Below are positions 7,028 through 10,762 of a DNA stretch of 10,762 nt, one piece after another (position 1 is the stretch's first letter; every line of letters starts with the position of its first letter). The translations under genes were made by a program, and so were the position numbers. Source of the stretch: Patescibacteria group bacterium. GTDB lineage: Bacteria; Patescibacteriota; Minisyncoccia; GWA2-38-13b. Location of the stretch: positions 1 through 10,762 of the forward strand of contig JBBTRL010000046.1 in NCBI GenBank assembly GCA_038065195.1. The letters are read 5' to 3'. The notes beneath the pieces were generated by a model. That model was not told the DNA's origin, did not search any database, and saw only the letters and a list, made by a program, of their open reading frames with translations.

Positions 7028-7107
7028 GTTTATCTCCGCGCCTTTCCGTAAAATAAATATTTACAGCAAAGTGCGAAAATTCATTAAACGACCTTTAGAT
7101 AACTTTA

Positions 7108-7521
7108 TTATAAACTTATTTCATTTAATATATCACAAAAACTCGTACCGAACAAACCCAAAATCAAATCAAGCAAACCGGAGGCAAGACCGCCCGATTC
7201 TATATCTAATTCTCCTATCCCCAAAAATTTAGGTATAATCTGCTCAACTATTATCCTGGAAGCAAAAATAACCATTACACCGACTGCGGTAAAATATAAT
7301 TTATTTAATGCCGTTTTTTTTGTATCAACATTACCTCCGGCAGTCATCATGCTAATTCCAATAGAAATTGTATAAATAATAGCTACCACTATGGAAAAAG
7401 CAAAAAACCAATTCAATATTTTCAAAAAAAGACAATAAAGAACACCTACGGTGGGAACCGCCCCAATCGCGCCTATTCCGCTTTGCGCCCAAGCAGATTT
7501 AATAAAAAAATTTAATATCAA
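7108..7521 (-). CDS. VirB2/TrbC-like T4SS-pilin-family small membrane protein (paralog 5, 137 aa)
   Basis: The core is LNWFFAFSIVVAIIYTISIGISMMTAGGNVDTKKTALNKLYFTAVGVMVIFASRIIV. It begins at a TTG at 7519-7521, because the only in-frame ATG lies deep inside and a stop lies 15 nt upstream. Its N-terminus (M)ILNFFIKSAWAQ parallels that of paralog 6. Confidence 0.6.
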   Translation of the reverse strand: MILNFFIKSAWAQSGIGAIGAVPTVGVLYCLFLKILNWFFAFSIVVAIIYTISIGISMMTAGGNVDTKKTALNKLYFTAVGVMVIFASRIIVEQIIPKFLGIGELDIESGGLASGLLDLILGLFGTSFCDILNEISL

Positions 7522-7554
7522 GATCGTAATTGATTCTTATAATTTAAATTAACA

Positions 7555-8037
7555 TTAAATACCTGCGCCCATACGTGAAAAAATATTTCCAAGCAAACTC
7601 GCCCACCATACCACCTCGCATTTTACAGCGTAAATCGGTAATATAATCGCCTCAAAACCTGCCGTAAATACGCCCAAAAACATCGCAATCATTATTAAAA
7701 TAGATGTGGAAAGCAAAACTATGACAATTCCCACGAAAATCCATGATAAATTCTTATGAACGGTTGAAAGCGTTTGCGGATCTCCGGAAGCAAATATATA
7801 ACGAAGTCCGTTTATAATTAATAATATTATCGCAATCACAAGCGCAAAACTAAAAAGCCATGTCATAAGACGCAAAAATATGCAATAAACTACTCCTGTC
7901 GTAGAATCTATTCCTGGGGTATTTTTCAGCAACTCATCAAGATCCAATTCTTCCGCCAGCGCAAAAGCATAAAAACTAAAAAATAGCGTAAAAAATATTA
8001 TAGTATACTTTATAAATACAATTCCCTTATAAAACAT
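7555..8037 (-). CDS. VirB2/TrbC-like T4SS-pilin-family membrane protein (paralog 4, 160 aa) with an extra C-terminal hydrophobic extension
   Basis: It has a Sec-type signal peptide (MFYKGIVFIKYTIIFFTLFFSFYAFALA|EE). The core is LMTWLFSFALVIAIILLIINGLRYIFASGDPQTLSTVHKNLSWIFVGIVIVLL, followed by about 45 additional hydrophobic residues. The start is ATG. Confidence 0.6.
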   Translation of the reverse strand: MFYKGIVFIKYTIIFFTLFFSFYAFALAEELDLDELLKNTPGIDSTTGVVYCIFLRLMTWLFSFALVIAIILLIINGLRYIFASGDPQTLSTVHKNLSWIFVGIVIVLLSTSILIMIAMFLGVFTAGFEAIILPIYAVKCEVVWWASLLGNIFSRMGAGI

Positions 8038-8048
8038 AATAAATTTTT

Positions 8049-8519
8049 TTACGATCCGCTAACTTCTAAAATACTCCTGATAAAAGCGATGATGCTTGAA
8101 GAATTGATTAAAGCCTCCTCCGGCACCTCCAAAATACTCCTAACAAAAGCGATAATACCGCGACCAATCAATAAGACCGCAACGCCGACTATCAGCCAAA
8201 TCAACGCTGTTTTCGCTTTTCCAATTTGCGCGTCACCACCGCCGGCTGCAAAAAATAAAACACCAATATAAATCGTTAAAATTATGGCAAGCACAATCGC
8301 TACGGAATAGAAATATCTGGCAACCCTTTGCAAAATAGCCACCACATCATCCAATGTTAAATCAATGCCCTTGACGCCTTGTTCAGAATCTAGATCGTCA
8401 GTAGAAGTGCTGGTAGTCGCCTGAATCGGCGCGGCAAAAAATATACTCGCCACGAACAAACCGATAAAAAACAAAGCGCCAAATCGTAAAATATTTTTAT
8501 GCAATATTTGTTTTTTCAT
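8049..8519 (-). CDS. VirB2/TrbC-like T4SS-pilin-family membrane protein (paralog 3, 156 aa), recent duplicate of paralog 2 with an internally duplicated C-terminus
   Basis: It has a signal peptide (MKKQILHKNILRFGALFFIGLFVASIFFAAPIQA|TT). The core is YFYSVAIVLAIILTIYIGVLFFAAGGGDAQIGKAKTALIWLIVGVAVLLIG. The C-terminus reads IIAFVRSILEV-PEEALINSSS-IIAFIRSILEV, arising from a 63-nt tandem duplication (8065-8093 and 8128-8156, 25/29 identical). Confidence 0.7.
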   Translation of the reverse strand: MKKQILHKNILRFGALFFIGLFVASIFFAAPIQATTSTSTDDLDSEQGVKGIDLTLDDVVAILQRVARYFYSVAIVLAIILTIYIGVLFFAAGGGDAQIGKAKTALIWLIVGVAVLLIGRGIIAFVRSILEVPEEALINSSSIIAFIRSILEVSGS

Positions 8520-8595
8520 TTTAATTTATTAATAAATACCTTAAATAACGAAGCTTATTTCGTAATTTAAAATAAATAATTAAATCTTCTTTTAT

Positions 8596-9000
8596 CTATT
8601 CCACGCTCAACATATCTTTTATAAGAGTTATAAACCCCTGACCAATCAATAGAACCGCAACGCCGATCATCAGCCAAATAAATGTTTTTCTCGCTTTTGC
8701 GACTTGTTGATCGTTGCCACCAGCCGTAAAAAATAAAATGGAAGTGTAGATTACCATAATTGGAATCAGCGCAATGGCTATGTAATAAAAATAGTCAGCA
8801 ACTCTTTCCACAATATCTATTATTTCATCCGTTTCTAACGGATTGGGATATTCAATTGTAGTGCTACTGGCAACGATGCCAGTAGTGGTCGCCAAAACAG
8901 GCGCGACGAAAAATACGCTCGTTGCAAAAAATAATATGAAAAGTGAAACACCCAATCGTAAAATAATTTTCAATGATTTTTTTAAATTTTTACTCCCCAT
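8596..9000 (-). CDS. VirB2/TrbC-like T4SS-pilin-family membrane protein (paralog 2, 134 aa)
   Basis: It has a signal peptide (MGSKNLKKSLKIILRLGVSLFILFFATSVFFVAPVLA|TT). The core is YFYYIAIALIPIMVIYTSILFFTAGGNDQQVAKARKTFIWLMIGVAVLLIG. It shares about 85% nucleotide identity with paralog 3 over the core, for example 8639-8700 against 8161-8222. Confidence 0.7.
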   Translation of the reverse strand: MGSKNLKKSLKIILRLGVSLFILFFATSVFFVAPVLATTTGIVASSTTIEYPNPLETDEIIDIVERVADYFYYIAIALIPIMVIYTSILFFTAGGNDQQVAKARKTFIWLMIGVAVLLIGQGFITLIKDMLSVE

Positions 9001-9050
9001 AAAATAATTATACTCTATAAATCAATAAAATAATACAAAGACGACGATAT

Positions 9051-9464
9051 CTAACACTTGACCTTATACCATGGCCATGGAAATCCCGCCGGTTGATCGG
9101 CGCCGGAACCAGTCATCATTAATAAAATGGAATCTACAAGCAACCACGCTCCATAAATAATCAATGCGCCCATAACCACGCCGTATAAAATACTTTTCGC
9201 CCAAGCAAGTTGTTTCTCGCTGCCGCCTGAAGTGAAAAAAAGAATCCCGCTCGTAACTATAAGTAAAGCTGCCAACGGCGTAACTAAATCAATAATAATA
9301 AAATCAATTATTCCCTTTGACATAACAAAAAAATCGCATGTCGTGCAATCCGCCTCTCCTTCGCCACCACACGGAACCAAACCCGCCGCATTGGATGCCA
9401 ATGGCAAAAACACAAACAATACTGCCATAAACAATAATATAAATTGATATATTGATACTCTCAA
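9051..9464 (-). CDS. VirB2/TrbC-like T4SS-pilin-family membrane protein with an N-terminal Cys motif (paralog 1, 137 aa)
   Basis: After a Sec-like signal peptide (MRVSIYQFILLFMAVLFVFLPLASNA|AG) comes GLVPCGGEGEADCTTCDFF, the Cys-containing motif I associate with the CPR T4SS-pilin family. The core is LIVTSGILFFTSGGSEKQLAWAKSILYGVVMGALIIYGAWLLV and the C-terminus ends in ...YKVKC. The start is a TTG at 9462-9464, 14 nt after the stop of the SBP gene. An alternative ATG at 9426-9428 would leave no signal peptide n-region. Confidence 0.65.
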   Translation of the reverse strand: MRVSIYQFILLFMAVLFVFLPLASNAAGLVPCGGEGEADCTTCDFFVMSKGIIDFIIIDLVTPLAALLIVTSGILFFTSGGSEKQLAWAKSILYGVVMGALIIYGAWLLVDSILLMMTGSGADQPAGFPWPWYKVKC

Positions 9465-9478
9465 GTTTTTAATTTTTA

Positions 9479-10762
9479 TTATTTCCTATATAACACATTT
9501 ATCTGGTTTGCCGATTTTTCTATTGTCTGCCTAATTGTGGATTGCCCAAAAACAATTGATTCTATCATATCGGCAAATATTTTTTCAATTGCAACATTGT
9601 CAATCTGATACCAAGACTTAGCTGTAAGCGATTGCAACGCAAAAACCCCCAAGTGCGCCTTATCTTTTTGCGAATTAACTAAATCCCTTCTGGCCGTCGG
9701 TCTTTTTGACGCCTCCAAATATTTCAACGCATTATCTTTTAAGGCCATAAACTGAATAAAATGCCATGCCCATCCGGGATTTTTAGAATTTACAAAAACG
9801 GTTGGCGCCCAATAACCGGCATAAGAAATATTATTAGCGCTGCCGACGATTTGCGGAATCGCCGCAACACCGAAATTAAGATATGGCGCTTTATTTTTAA
9901 TAGTATCAATGTGATGAGAATAATTTATCATCATCGCGGTCTTGCCTTGGTAGAACGCGTCTATGGAATAATCCATTTCAGAATTCCATGTATAAACTTC
10001 TTTCTGAGGATTGGCAAAGTCCGTATAAAACCTCAATGCCTCTTCGCCTGCCGCGAACGGCTGACCATCTAAGGAAACAAATTTATCAAATATGACTCTA
10101 TTGCTTTGCGGATCAGTCATTTGCGTACCGGTCTGCATCATTAGAAGTCCAAGAATATCCGTGGAACGATTTATGTTTTTTGCCATACCAATGGCCGCGC
10201 CAGCCCTGACGATATTTCCGAAATCGTCTTTCTTGGTTAAAATTTTTACATCTTTAACGAAATCATCCCATGTTAACGGCGGTTCCGCTATGCCACTACT
10301 CTGAAAAATATCTTTATTCCAATATAAAGCCAATGTGTCCACAAAAAGAGGCAAACCGTAAATCTGATCGCCGACTACCAAATCCCGAAACGCCACATCA
10401 ACAAACGAATCCTTGAAGTTTTGAATTGTCATCATTGTTGGAGATAATGGAACGATCTTGTCTTTGTGTTTCGGAAGCCATGTATTATTAATACTCCAAA
10501 TATCCGGTCCCTTGCCGGCGGCAAAAGCGCTGATTAAATCTTTTTCATAATCTTCAAATGCCTTTTTAACATAAGTAATGGTTACTAACGGATACAAACG
10601 CTGATATTCCTTTATGATATCGGTAAAATAATTACCATTATCGTAAACACTCCAAAATTCCAAATCAATTTTTTTTGTTGACTTGGGTTTCTTGATGCCG
10701 AATACAATAGCAAAGACAACGATCAAAACAACCACGAAAACTACTCCTAAAAATATTATCCG
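9479..10762 (-). CDS. Extracellular solute-binding protein (ABC-type, family 1 / MalE-like), membrane-anchored; 5' end runs off the window edge
   Basis: The ORF stays open to the window end. The in-frame upstream codons encode RIIFLGVVF ahead of the listed GTG. An N-terminal transmembrane anchor is followed by KKPKSTKKIDLEFWSVYD. GKGPDIW and aromatic-rich periplasmic-binding-protein signatures appear throughout. The stop is at 9479-9481. Confidence 0.7.
   Translation of the reverse strand, partial: RIIFLGVVFVVVLIVVFAIVFGIKKPKSTKKIDLEFWSVYDNGNYFTDIIKEYQRLYPLVTITYVKKAFEDYEKDLISAFAAGKGPDIWSINNTWLPKHKDKIVPLSPTMMTIQNFKDSFVDVAFRDLVVGDQIYGLPLFVDTLALYWNKDIFQSSGIAEPPLTWDDFVKDVKILTKKDDFGNIVRAGAAIGMAKNINRSTDILGLLMMQTGTQMTDPQSNRVIFDKFVSLDGQPFAAGEEALRFYTDFANPQKEVYTWNSEMDYSIDAFYQGKTAMMINYSHHIDTIKNKAPYLNFGVAAIPQIVGSANNISYAGYWAPTVFVNSKNPGWAWHFIQFMALKDNALKYLEASKRPTARRDLVNSQKDKAHLGVFALQSLTAKSWYQIDNVAIEKIFADMIESIVFGQSTIRQTIEKSANQINVLYRK

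Noticed and set aside
6975-7232. 85-aa plus-strand ORF (K/R-rich, low complexity)
   Set aside because: It lies antisense to the 3' end of pilin paralog 5 and within the palindromic spacer. It has a biased basic composition and no expression signals, so it is probably spurious.
6252-9464. Pilin array as a tRNA-integrated genomic island or mobile element
   Set aside because: There is no integrase, recombinase or transposase. There is no direct repeat of the tRNA 3' end (att site) in the window. The array lies on the 5' side of tRNA-Leu, not its 3' integration side.
8089-10304. Plus-strand ORFs inside the pilin genes and the SBP gene (60, 71, 103 and 70 aa)
   Set aside because: They are antisense to well-supported minus-strand genes. 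They have low-complexity translations and no start context.

Overview
This is an AT-rich (roughly 35% GC) bacterial segment with small, tightly packed genes and weak Shine-Dalgarno usage. The T4SS-pilin-like gene family in the right half is, from what I remember of that family, typical of CPR/Patescibacteria-type genomes; this is inference only.

Left to right, the window contains:
- tRNA-Lys(CUU) on the + strand.
- An orphan 123-aa hypothetical gene with a clear sigma70-like promoter, an AGGAGG ribosome-binding site and an intrinsic terminator.
- A convergent 433-aa PHP-domain plus zinc-ribbon protein on the - strand that I read as endonuclease Q-like.
- A 602-aa SPFH/flotillin-like membrane protein sitting directly upstream of ftsH (AAA+ zinc metalloprotease, all motifs present) on the + strand.
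- A convergent tRNA pair sharing a bidirectional terminator: tRNA-Ile with the rare UAU anticodon (+) and tRNA-Leu(UAG) (-).
- A 5'-partial, membrane-anchored family-1 solute-binding protein on the - strand, followed in the same orientation by six consecutive small two-transmembrane-helix proteins. These carry the hallmark core of VirB2/TrbC-like 'T4SS pilin' proteins (hydrophobic helix, G-G-[NSG]-[DE] followed by K/R-rich residues, second helix).

The six-gene pilin-like array is the standout feature. No VirB4/VirB6/ATPase partners appear in the window. It has one Cys-motif member, a recently duplicated pair, an internally duplicated C-terminus and an internal palindromic spacer.

No CRISPR array, transposase or integrase was detected. 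TGA is used as a stop codon, so there is no evidence of an alternative genetic code.
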